From positions 1 through 16,311 of the IMG/VR virus record IMGVR_UViG_3300013307_000018: 16,311 nucleotides of DNA, one strand, 5' to 3'. Below the pieces are notes generated by a model. It had not been told where the DNA came from. It saw only the letters and a list, made by a program, of their open reading frames with translations, and ran no database searches. This DNA is from a virus (Duplodnaviria; Heunggongvirae; Uroviricota; Caudoviricetes). Shown in pieces: positions 1 to 7,672 of the stretch. The position numbers and the translations under genes were made by a program. How positions within the stretch are numbered: the first letter of the stretch is position 1; each line of letters starts with the position of its first letter.

Positions 1-27
1 ACCTTCACGTTCAAAGAAACTCTCCAT
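1..27 (-). CDS. possible 5' end of a CDS running off the left edge (MESFFEREG...)
   Basis: ATG at 27 (-) is preceded by GGGGGT and the frame is open to the edge. The frame is also open from an ATG at 117. Confidence 0.3.
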
Positions 28-114
28 GACTACCCCCAGAATACAGCTGACGATATGTGCAACGCGCACACACAATGCTTGCACCATAACGTAAGTCGCG
101 GATGTAACGAAATA

Positions 115-138
115 CATGGAGGGTTTTACCCCTCCATG
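115..138 (-). terminator. perfect 9-bp hairpin downstream of the fibre-like gene trio, probable terminator
   Basis: CATGGAGGG-ttttac-CCCTCCATG lies just after the stop at 141-143. The U-tract is weak. Confidence 0.5.
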
Positions 139-140
139 CC

Positions 141-1349
141 TTAGACTTTCTTGGCGTTGTACAGTGCCCGTAACCCTTTGGGTGATACCAGTAGATTTCC
201 AGCAGTGCCGTCAATGACCTGTTGGTCAGTGGCAAACCCGTAACTGATGGTGGCTACCGCATCGAGGTTATTGGTGGCAGGGTTGTAAAAATAGAGCGTG
301 TTGTTCATTGGACTGAAGTAATGCCGTCCGGGTTTCACATACCCTGCGGTATCACTGGCAGGAATGGCAATCCAGCTCGTGCCATTGTAGGCATAACCGA
401 TTTTGGTGCGACCGTCCACGTAGTCTGCATAGGCCCCTGGGCGCTGAATCGACCGCCAGGTACACTCGGGTTGGGATTGCGCCATGTAGCCGATTTTGGT
501 CCCGCCTAAAAACTGCCTGGTATCCGGACGGGAGTTCAAATCAAACACAATCTTCGCGGCCGTTGAATACGCCGCACCTGGATTACAGGTCTCCACGGTC
601 AGTGTCGACCCAACCAGTGACGCCCGGATTTTCACCGCCCCCATGGTTTTGTAGTTGTTCCATCCTCCCACAGAGGCCTGGAGTTCCCCATCGGCATGGA
701 GCTGACCATCTGGCCACACCAGGTCATAGTTGCCCTGCGCCAGGATTTGCTGCACGTTCGGCACGTTCGCTATCTGAAACCCCTGGAAGTCCAAATACAA
801 CCCCCAGAGTCGACTCACCCCACCGTTCGCCCCGGCGGTACGTACCGCTGACAACGTGTGACATACTCCGTTGACTTCCACGTAGCCCAGGAATACCCCG
901 ATAAAGTCATCATCACCGTTGGTGGAGCTGATCTCCACTTCCAGGGTATAGTCCCCAGGGATGGCTCGCTGTGACACAAACCCCACGGTCGACACGGTGT
1001 TCTGTGCACCCAGAATACTGTCGGTACCGGCTTCATACGACCAGTTATCCAGTTCGCCGATATTCGTGGCATCGCGGGGGTTAGTGCCTACGATAACAAC
1101 ACGTTGCCATTGACTGAACACGGTAGAGAAATCTTCCACCGTGGATTTGGCTTGTGTTACGTCACCGTCATTCAACGCAATGTTCAGGCGCCCGCACATC
1201 CGGTCAAACTGGAAAGGCAGGTCTGGGTTCGTCGGGTGGTAGAACGGTGCCATGCCCGCATCGGTGGGAATCCCGTTCAGGGTGGTGTGTTCGGTACTGG
1301 TGACCGCTTCCACTCCCCCGGCTTTCTTTACTGATTCAATGATACTCAT
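141..1349 (-). CDS. virion fibre/baseplate-like protein A (402 aa) with an inserted lectin-like domain
   Basis: The start at 1349 overlaps the upstream stop (TAATG). The C-terminus FATDQQVIDGTAGNLLVSPKGL fits the fibre-type AT-x-x-x-V-x-x-GT...V-[ST]-P motif. It shares modules with the two upstream genes and contains STNGDDDFIGVFLGY. Confidence 0.7.
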   Translation of the reverse strand: MSIIESVKKAGGVEAVTSTEHTTLNGIPTDAGMAPFYHPTNPDLPFQFDRMCGRLNIALNDGDVTQAKSTVEDFSTVFSQWQRVVIVGTNPRDATNIGELDNWSYEAGTDSILGAQNTVSTVGFVSQRAIPGDYTLEVEISSTNGDDDFIGVFLGYVEVNGVCHTLSAVRTAGANGGVSRLWGLYLDFQGFQIANVPNVQQILAQGNYDLVWPDGQLHADGELQASVGGWNNYKTMGAVKIRASLVGSTLTVETCNPGAAYSTAAKIVFDLNSRPDTRQFLGGTKIGYMAQSQPECTWRSIQRPGAYADYVDGRTKIGYAYNGTSWIAIPASDTAGYVKPGRHYFSPMNNTLYFYNPATNNLDAVATISYGFATDQQVIDGTAGNLLVSPKGLRALYNAKKV

Positions 1350-1855
1350 TACCAACTCCCGTAAGCATTCTTCAAGGTGGCAGGCGTAACCAACCCGCTT
1401 CCGGACCCGGCCGCGACATCAGCTTGTGCTGCAAGCGGATTGTCTTTCTTCAGGAACGGTATCATGCCCATGTCACTGCCAACATACCACATCACCTTCG
1501 ACTGGCTGTTGTAATAGAAGCGACGGGGACGCAGGTACGCTTTCAACAAACTGGGAATCAAAGGGGTGGAAACCCAACTCGTACCGTTCCAGGTCCAGAT
1601 TATCCCCCGGGTCTCAATCACGAACCCGTTCGGGATTTGGTTGGCTGCTTTGGAAGCCGTGACTTCATCATCGGTTTGACAGATAGCGGCTACGGTGTTT
1701 TGTTGGTCCGCCAGTGCTTGCAGGGGAATGGCTGACGGGAAACCAAACAACAGGCTACCGGCCGGTTTCCCCGTGAGTGCCGCACGCATGGCAGGCAGGA
1801 CATCGTTACTGACCAGGCTCCAGGCTCCGTTCACTAAAAGGTATTTTCTCGCCAT
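1349..1855 (-). CDS. virion fibre/baseplate-like protein B (168 aa), paralog of A and C
   Basis: The start MARKY at 1855 overlaps the upstream stop (TAATG). Motifs: LVNGAW, WTWNGTSW, YLRPRRFYYN, LAAQADVAAGSGSGLVTPATL. Confidence 0.7.
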   Translation of the reverse strand: MARKYLLVNGAWSLVSNDVLPAMRAALTGKPAGSLLFGFPSAIPLQALADQQNTVAAICQTDDEVTASKAANQIPNGFVIETRGIIWTWNGTSWVSTPLIPSLLKAYLRPRRFYYNSQSKVMWYVGSDMGMIPFLKKDNPLAAQADVAAGSGSGLVTPATLKNAYGSW

Positions 1856-2370
1856 TATTGTGTCTTCCACAGTTGCCAGGCAATCTTCGCCTGGGCGGCC
1901 GTTACGGCAACGTTATCCAACGTCCCGGCATTGACCTGGGCTTGGGTAGCCACCGCCGGACCAAAGTCCCCGATTTTATCCAGCTTGTCTACTGCTGAAG
2001 CAAAGAACAAACTTTTGGTGGTCAGGTTCCAGTAGTATTGACCGGCAGCAATATAGTTGCGTACGGTACCCACTGGTTGAGCGACCCAGGCAGAGTTAGT
2101 GTACAAATACACCGTCTGGGTGCGAGCATCCACAATCGGGGTCGCGGCTGCGGCGTTCGCGGTTTTCTGAGCAGCTAACTCTGCGTCACTAACTACTGCA
2201 GACAAATCCTGACACAGGTTGGTATCCGTGAACTTTAACAGGCCGGTATCTGCACTGTTTGACAAAACAATTCGCCCCTCAGCACTGCCGAGTTTGCGGT
2301 TGAGTTCTTCCATCACGTCAGAGCGCAACACGACCCATTGACCGTTGACTAAAATTCGTTGCAATACCAT
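1855..2370 (-). CDS. virion fibre/baseplate-like protein C (171 aa), paralog of A and B
   Basis: GGAG RBS precedes the ATG at 2370. The longer track start at 2424 would run through a terminator. Motifs: ILVNGQW, YLYTNSAW, YIAAGQYYWN, VATQAQVNAGTLDNVAVT. Confidence 0.7.
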   Translation of the reverse strand: MVLQRILVNGQWVVLRSDVMEELNRKLGSAEGRIVLSNSADTGLLKFTDTNLCQDLSAVVSDAELAAQKTANAAAATPIVDARTQTVYLYTNSAWVAQPVGTVRNYIAAGQYYWNLTTKSLFFASAVDKLDKIGDFGPAVATQAQVNAGTLDNVAVTAAQAKIAWQLWKTQ

Positions 2371-2380
2371 TGCGAACTCC

Positions 2381-2410
2381 AAAAAAATAAGAGGCCCCTT
2401 TCGAGGCCCC
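2381..2410 (-). terminator. Rho-independent terminator
   Basis: On the minus strand GGGGCCTC-GAAA-GGGGCCTC (two G-U pairs) is followed by TTATTTTTTT, directly after the stop at 2421. Confidence 0.8.
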
Positions 2411-2420
2411 GTAGGGGAAA

Positions 2421-2849
2421 TCAATCTGCGGTGGCAGACTGCCCCGCTCCAAACGATACGTCAAACAGTTGTGCCAGCTCGTCAACAATTCGCCCGGTGT
2501 GCTTGGTCGTGTCGCTGAACACTAACCAGTATAAATGCAACAACGCGATGATAGACAACTGCATGTTCTCATCCGACGTCCCGGTGAGTGGCACAGTCAA
2601 CCCCAGACTCGCACCGTTACCCATGACCCGTGATACGTGGATTTTGGGTGGGGTGGTGTCCAGGTATTTGAAGTCTACCCGAAGGTCTTCTGATGCCCGT
2701 TGCAGGGATGACATGTCCTTACCGTAACCGGTGTAAGCAGGGATGTCACACGCGAACCCGCCTTCTGAATTCACTTCACGGGCACCGTGACACGCTGCAA
2801 CACGGACATTGGCAATGAACAGGGCTTTATCAAGTTTGGTGGTAATCAT
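2421..2849 (-). CDS. hypothetical protein (142 aa)
   Basis: Open frame with a GGAG RBS before the ATG at 2849, followed by a terminator. No motif recognised. Confidence 0.75.
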   Translation of the reverse strand: MITTKLDKALFIANVRVAACHGAREVNSEGGFACDIPAYTGYGKDMSSLQRASEDLRVDFKYLDTTPPKIHVSRVMGNGASLGLTVPLTGTSDENMQLSIIALLHLYWLVFSDTTKHTGRIVDELAQLFDVSFGAGQSATAD

Positions 2850-2856
2850 GGTTGTA

Positions 2857-3672
2857 TTACTCCGGCGTAGCAACAGTTAAGTCATACTGGTTCAGGGTGA
2901 ACTCAGCGATGCGAGCATTGGTTGACCAATCACCCACGGCGTAGGCGACATCCCAGTCGGTAAAGTGCTCGGTGTTCACCAACAATCCACGTTGGCGGTT
3001 GATGGGGTCCACGGACCACAGATGGTCTTCGCCGACCCACAGTTCCACTAACCCGTTTTCTTCACGCAGGTCAAGGATACCAAAGGTCCCGTAGCGGGTA
3101 CCGCCTCGGGTGCGACGCGCCATGTCCCGACGGATTTTCATCCCGGGTTCAGCCTGGTGAGTACGACCGTCTAACCCCAGCTGATGGCGGTTAAACAGAA
3201 TGCCGCCTTCTGCCCGGATGAACTCCAGTACCGTAGGCTTGCCCACTAACAACCCCGGTTGATTCGTCACGATAGACGTGCGGTGTTGTTTGTCCATGAC
3301 CAGGACTTCATGGGGACGAGCGATGTTGAACCACACATTGAAATGTGACGCTGGGTCAAAGTCATCTTTTACCCGGTCTGCCCACGTATTCACTGACACA
3401 TCGGTGTAGTTTGCCATGGTGAGCTTCACAGTTTTCTTGTACTGGATAGCGGGACGCAATTCACCGCCACAGACAAAGAACTTTAAATGACGCTGAAGCT
3501 GGGAGCGGATTTCGGATTTACGTAACGTATCCGGGCCAAAGATAGTGCAGGGGATTTCTAACCCGCGCAGGGTCAGGGTAAAACGAACAGGGTCGTGTTG
3601 GCTATCAGGTACACCCCAATCAATACGGGGAGCAACACCAAAGTCCAACGACACATCCGTTTGCGTTGTCAT
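2857..3672 (-). CDS. hypothetical protein (271 aa)
   Basis: GAGG RBS precedes the ATG at 3672, and the gene is tightly packed with its neighbours. No motif recognised. Confidence 0.8.
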   Translation of the reverse strand: MTTQTDVSLDFGVAPRIDWGVPDSQHDPVRFTLTLRGLEIPCTIFGPDTLRKSEIRSQLQRHLKFFVCGGELRPAIQYKKTVKLTMANYTDVSVNTWADRVKDDFDPASHFNVWFNIARPHEVLVMDKQHRTSIVTNQPGLLVGKPTVLEFIRAEGGILFNRHQLGLDGRTHQAEPGMKIRRDMARRTRGGTRYGTFGILDLREENGLVELWVGEDHLWSVDPINRQRGLLVNTEHFTDWDVAYAVGDWSTNARIAEFTLNQYDLTVATPE

Positions 3673-3676
3673 GAGA

Positions 3677-4027
3677 TTATCCTCGAGCTTTGAGCTCTGG
3701 TAGAATGATGATGGAAAAGTCCTTTCTGACACCGTTCAGATGCAGCAGTGCAGTACCCAGGGTAGACCCGGCATGACTGAACCAGCGGTCTTTGCCGTCA
3801 TTGAGCAACCAGTATTTAGGTGGCGCAATCGCACGGTGGTCAGCATCCCAGAACATGTCGCCACGGCTTTTGCGCAGACAGTTCAGGTAGATGGTGTTCT
3901 TACAACGGGGGCACGTATCGAACATCCCAGAAGGGTCACGTACGACCCGGACGATGGGTCCTGAACACGGGCCGCAGTAGGGGACGTAATCAGGCTGGTC
4001 AATCAGTTTGAACATTTCAAAGGGCAT
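3677..4027 (-). CDS. hypothetical protein with a CxxC...CxxC putative zinc ribbon (116 aa)
   Basis: GGAGG RBS. Contains CGPC-x17-CPRC. Confidence 0.7.
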   Translation of the reverse strand: MPFEMFKLIDQPDYVPYCGPCSGPIVRVVRDPSGMFDTCPRCKNTIYLNCLRKSRGDMFWDADHRAIAPPKYWLLNDGKDRWFSHAGSTLGTALLHLNGVRKDFSIIILPELKARG

Positions 4028-4038
4028 GTTGCCTCCGA

Positions 4039-4068
4039 CGGCATAAAGGGCGAGGTCAACCCCCGCCC
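4039..4068 (-). terminator. terminator hairpin followed by TTTATGCCG
   Basis: On the minus strand GGGCGGGG-gttga-CCTCGCCC is followed by TTTATGCCG. Confidence 0.75.
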
Positions 4069-4079
4069 TGGTATAATGG

Positions 4080-4235
4080 TTATTGTGCGCTCTGACGCTG
4101 AAGGCTGTTCAGTCGCAGTTGCTGTTTGTAGCGGGCAATCATTTCCAGGTTCGTATTCTGTTTCTGTTTACGTTCCTGCACAAAGTTAGACTCAGATTCC
4201 TTCTGAAAGAACTTTGGGATAGATTGGGTTTGCAT
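4080..4235 (-). CDS. small Gln/Lys-rich hypothetical protein (51 aa, not in the ORF track)
   Basis: Read by hand: MQTQSIPKFFQKESESNFVQERKQKQNTNLEMIARYKQQLRLNSLQRQSAQ. It fills the gap between two hairpins, but the RBS is weak. Confidence 0.6.
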   Translation of the reverse strand: MQTQSIPKFFQKESESNFVQERKQKQNTNLEMIARYKQQLRLNSLQRQSAQ

Positions 4236-4260
4236 TGTGGTGGTCTCAAATGAAAAGGCA

Positions 4261-4275
4261 GTGGGACAACCCCAC
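4261..4275 (-). terminator. short hairpin after the 4297-4665 gene, possible weak terminator
   Basis: GTGGG-5 nt-CCCAC is followed on the minus strand by TGCCTTTTCATTT. Confidence 0.35.
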
Positions 4276-4296
4276 CATATGTTTTACGTCACGGGC

Positions 4297-4665
4297 TTAA
4301 CGCAGACGCTGGATGACGTAGGTTTGGGGTGCTCGTTCGAACTGACGGTGTTCAAAGTACGTATCCGCCCAGATACACATTCCAATACCGACGACCATGA
4401 AGGCACCCACAACGGCAAACAACATGCGAGTACCGCCATTGCCAGTCATTACGATACCGACATTTAACAGCGCTCTGGCCATTGGGGACGTTGAGTCACC
4501 GGTGGTGGGATGTGAACGACTGAGATAGCCCCAGACAAACACCACCACGCACACCACCAACAGCCAAAATACCGTCCACCAGAATACATGGAATTGGTGT
4601 TCGAACAACACCGTGCGTTCTGCCACTAAGGTGTTCAAGGTGGCTTCATCAATGACAAGTGACAT
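4297..4665 (-). CDS. membrane protein with two predicted TM segments (122 aa)
   Basis: Hydrophobic runs VFWWTVFWLLVVCVVVFVWGYL and MLFAVVGAFMVVGIGMCIWA. The start is coupled to the upstream stop (TGATG). Confidence 0.75.
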   Translation of the reverse strand: MSLVIDEATLNTLVAERTVLFEHQFHVFWWTVFWLLVVCVVVFVWGYLSRSHPTTGDSTSPMARALLNVGIVMTGNGGTRMLFAVVGAFMVVGIGMCIWADTYFEHRQFERAPQTYVIQRLR

Positions 4666-5150
4666 CAGGCCTTACCGTCCTTTGCTGTGAATGGCTTACG
4701 GTGTTTGCTGGAGAACATCAGCGTCGGGCTCACCGACTCCACCCGGCTTTTATCTGCACGGGACTTCACCATGGTCATCTGTAGTTCACCACGGCGTGCA
4801 CCGTTTTCTGGCTGGATGCCGATGAACACATCGGACTCAGTCAGTGAAAAGGTGCCGTGTTCACGATAGCGTGCCGCTTCTTCTTTCGAGATAGACCCGC
4901 GTTCTATCATCAACTGCAAATCCACGTTGCTGAATTTGATAGGTTTGATATCGGCCAGATAGGCATGACTGACGTCGTCGTCGATAACCACGTTACGACG
5001 GACACCCACCGCTTCACGGTCCCAGAACAGCTCGCCGCCTTCACGTTTCACCGGCTGGGCGATTTTGCCTTTGCTCACACGGATGCGCAGGGCTTTCACA
5101 GAAATATTCAGGTAGGTCGCCAGCTCTTTTGTTGCAATCAGGTTATTCAT
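4665..5150 (-). CDS. DNA-binding protein with an N-terminal AlpA/Xis (MerR-like winged) HTH (161 aa)
   Basis: LIATKELATYLNISVKALRIRVSKGKIAQPVKREGGELFWDREAV matches the L-x-x-x-E-x-A-x-x-L-x-x-S...P-x-K-x-G...W pattern. Confidence 0.7.
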   Translation of the reverse strand: MNNLIATKELATYLNISVKALRIRVSKGKIAQPVKREGGELFWDREAVGVRRNVVIDDDVSHAYLADIKPIKFSNVDLQLMIERGSISKEEAARYREHGTFSLTESDVFIGIQPENGARRGELQMTMVKSRADKSRVESVSPTLMFSSKHRKPFTAKDGKA

Positions 5151-5199
5151 TTTGTCATAATCCAGTTAAGAAAATTAAAAGACCCATTGTCTCACACCA

Positions 5200-5207
5200 G
5201 TAATATA
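5200..5207 (-). promoter_or_regulatory. candidate phiKZ-type early promoter core TATATTAC
   Basis: Exact TATATTAC on the minus strand, 50 nt upstream of the HTH gene ATG. This octamer is the known phiKZ early promoter core. Confidence 0.6.
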
Positions 5208-5236
5208 GACGCATAAATCTTTCATTTCATGTTTAA

Positions 5237-5275
5237 CGGCACAGATGCGGGATACAGCTTGCTGCCATATCCCGC
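5237..5275 (-). terminator. hairpin followed by ATC-TGTGCCG, a variant of the hairpin-TATGCCG module
   Basis: 8-bp stem GCGGGATA/TATCCCGC at 5247-5275, lying 22 nt after the stop of the 5297-5425 ORF. Confidence 0.55.
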
Positions 5276-5296
5276 GTTATCCCTGGTGAGGGCGTC

Positions 5297-5425
5297 TTAC
5301 CATTTACTGTACAGCCAATCTGTAACGAGTGGGGTGGTATATTTCAGTACCAATCCCGTGACCGCAACAATCGTCACGCACGTGATGGTTTTATCAATCA
5401 GGCGGTAGTGTTCTGATTTTGGCAT
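5297..5425 (-). CDS. small single-TM protein (42 aa, not in the ORF track)
   Basis: MPKSEHYRLIDKTITCVTIVAVTGLVLKYTTPLVTDWLYSKW. It has an AGGA RBS, an AATATTAC upstream and a hairpin downstream. Confidence 0.6.
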   Translation of the reverse strand: MPKSEHYRLIDKTITCVTIVAVTGLVLKYTTPLVTDWLYSKW

Positions 5426-5497
5426 TGTCGGTGTCCTGTTGAAGGTTATCATTATGTGGTAGTAGTGAGCGCATCGCTCAATAGATAAGCAATATCC

Positions 5498-5505
5498 GTA
5501 ATATT
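5498..5505 (-). promoter_or_regulatory. candidate early promoter core AATATTAC (one mismatch)
   Basis: Lies 73 nt upstream of the ATG at 5425 in AT-rich context. Confidence 0.35.
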
Positions 5506-5525
5506 TTACCCTCTAAGGAGCAGCT

Positions 5526-7655
5526 ATGTTTGGCGGCGCACTCAATCGACTGTTAGGCAGCGTGGATGTTAACGAAGCCGGTAATGCCATCACTATCCTC
5601 GGGATGCCAGGCGAGGGATTCGGTAAGCAGGTTACCCAGGCATGGGGAACATCCAAAGTCATCGGTAACATGTTTAACCAAATCACCCCTTACAAACTGA
5701 GCTTCAACAAGTTCTTTGCCATCGATGTGTTGTACATGCTCCAGGAACTGGCTCGGCAACGTACGGTACACATCAACCGACGTGGGTTGGAGAAGGCCAT
5801 CGAGGAGATGCAGGCCAATACCTGGTTGTCGTCTATCTATCAGGTCACGCCCGATATCCTCAATCTCTCCAAAACCAATCTGTTTACTCGCACGCCACTG
5901 GAACACCAACAGCGCTTCCTGGAGCACTACAACTCCATGGTGCCGAAATACAACCTCAACGGGTATATGCTGGCCGCCAAACCGGGCGCCGGGAAGACAT
6001 TGACCGGGTTGATGTTAGGGGAGTGTCTGAACTCTGACGTGTTTGTGATTCTGTGCCCGATGAACGCGGTCAACAAAGTTTGGCGTAAAACGGTACTGGA
6101 AGAATACAAGAAACCCTACACGGAGAAAGACGTCTGGGTGTCGTCGGACAACAAACCCCTGGAGCGGGGCAAGCGGTTCTACATCTTCCATTACGAGTCC
6201 ATGCCCAAACTCAAAGACTTACTGGGGATGGTCTCAGGTAAACGCATCATCACCATCATTGACGAGTCCCATAACTTCAATGAGCAGAAATCCCAACGTA
6301 CCCAGCAACTGGTGGACTTTGTGCTGCGCAGTCGCTGCAAGCACACGCTGTGGGCCTCCGGTACCCCGGTGAAAGCACTGGGCTATGAGATGATTCCCTG
6401 TTTGACCACCATCGACCCGTTCTTTGATGCCAACACCGAAGACCGCTTTCGTAAAATCTACGGCAAGTCCGTCAGCAAGGCCGTGGATATTCTGCGCAAC
6501 CGTATCGGGTTGATTTCCTTTAAAGTCGATAAGCAGGAATTCACCAAAAAGCCCCCGATTGAAAAGTCAGTGAAAGTCACTATCCCGGACCCCAGTCGGT
6601 TTACGTTGACGCAAGTCCGCAAGGACATGGCTGATTTCATCTCCGAACAACTCAAGCACTATGAGAAAAACTTTTCTCTCTATGAGCGACAGTACAACGA
6701 TGGGGTGAAATACTACGCCAGCATGAAGCTGACTGACCAGCAGAAAAAAGAGCTGGATACGTACCGTCGCAACATCGCGATGATCCGTAAAGGCTACGAC
6801 CCGGCCACCATGAAGAACGAAGTGTTGTTCTGCAACAACATGGAACGGCGCAACATCCTGCCTGTGTTACCTCAACCGATGCGCAATGAATTCAAGAACG
6901 CCCGGTCGGTGGTGAAATATCTGGCCTTGAAAGTACAGGGTGAAGCATTGGGACGGGTGTTGGGTAAACGGCGTGCTGAGTGTAACGCGGCCTTGATAGC
7001 TCATGCGGGACTGCCCACGATTATCGACGACGCTGAGAAAAAGACCCTTATCTTTACCTCATTCGTGGATGTCGCTGAGCAGACCAAAACCTATCTGGAA
7101 CAACAGCGCTACAAAGTGTTGATTGTTCACCAGGGTACCAACAAAAACCTGGCGAGTATCATTGACCAGTTTGGGAACGATGAAGACATTGCTGTGTGCG
7201 TGGCGACCTTCCAGTCACTGTCTACGGCAGTGCCGGTTACCATGGCCAACAACGTGATACTGATGAACCAACCGTTTCGTGATTTCGAACGCGAACAGGC
7301 CATCAGTCGCTGTGACCGTATCGGCCAGGACAAACAGGTCTATGTGTGGAACGTGTTGTTGGACACCGGCAGTGAAGCCAACATCTCCACCCGGGCGGCA
7401 GATATTGTGCAGTGGTCACGCGAACAAGTCGCGGCCATCATGGGAACCAAAGTCATGGATGAAACGGCTGTGTCAACGGAATCCCTGCAAAATGCCCCAG
7501 AGCGGGTGTCTCTGGAGTTTTTGGCTGACCACGGCATAATGGTGACGCAGGAAAGCTTAGACGCCCTGGCTGACATTGCTTACGATGAGTTCCCACAGGA
7601 CGAACCGTTGGTGATGGCCAAAGCGTATGAGCGTCCGCGTTCTTCTCTGTGGTAA
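5526..7655 (+). CDS. SNF2-like superfamily-2 (DExH) helicase/translocase of phiKZ-like phages (709 aa)
   Basis: AAGGAG RBS. Motif I AAKPGAGKT, II IIDESH, III SGTP, IV LIFTSF, V STAVPVT, VI QAISRCDRIGQ. Confidence 0.9.
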   Translation: MFGGALNRLLGSVDVNEAGNAITILGMPGEGFGKQVTQAWGTSKVIGNMFNQITPYKLSFNKFFAIDVLYMLQELARQRTVHINRRGLEKAIEEMQANTWLSSIYQVTPDILNLSKTNLFTRTPLEHQQRFLEHYNSMVPKYNLNGYMLAAKPGAGKTLTGLMLGECLNSDVFVILCPMNAVNKVWRKTVLEEYKKPYTEKDVWVSSDNKPLERGKRFYIFHYESMPKLKDLLGMVSGKRIITIIDESHNFNEQKSQRTQQLVDFVLRSRCKHTLWASGTPVKALGYEMIPCLTTIDPFFDANTEDRFRKIYGKSVSKAVDILRNRIGLISFKVDKQEFTKKPPIEKSVKVTIPDPSRFTLTQVRKDMADFISEQLKHYEKNFSLYERQYNDGVKYYASMKLTDQQKKELDTYRRNIAMIRKGYDPATMKNEVLFCNNMERRNILPVLPQPMRNEFKNARSVVKYLALKVQGEALGRVLGKRRAECNAALIAHAGLPTIIDDAEKKTLIFTSFVDVAEQTKTYLEQQRYKVLIVHQGTNKNLASIIDQFGNDEDIAVCVATFQSLSTAVPVTMANNVILMNQPFRDFEREQAISRCDRIGQDKQVYVWNVLLDTGSEANISTRAADIVQWSREQVAAIMGTKVMDETAVSTESLQNAPERVSLEFLADHGIMVTQESLDALADIAYDEFPQDEPLVMAKAYERPRSSLW

Positions 7656-7672
7656 ACGAGTAAGGGTGTGCT

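Noticed and set aside
2371-2424. Longer track starts for 1855-2424 and similarly for 141-1355, 1349-1870, 2421-2873 and 2857-3732
   Set aside because: Downstream ATGs have a better RBS or exact stop/start coupling, and the extensions overlap neighbouring genes or a terminator.
4665-5150. Excisionase or prophage boundary
   Set aside because: No integrase, att-like repeat or host genes are visible, and the context is that of a lytic jumbo phage.
5331-5341. TATACCAC as a promoter near 5334
   Set aside because: It falls inside the 42-aa ORF (Lys-Tyr-Thr-Thr codons).
7201-7245. Helicase motif V (STAVPVT) lacking the usual G-x-G-L-N-L, read as an inactivated enzyme
   Set aside because: Motifs I, II, III and VI are intact, so family-level divergence is the simpler explanation. 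An alignment would be needed to say more.
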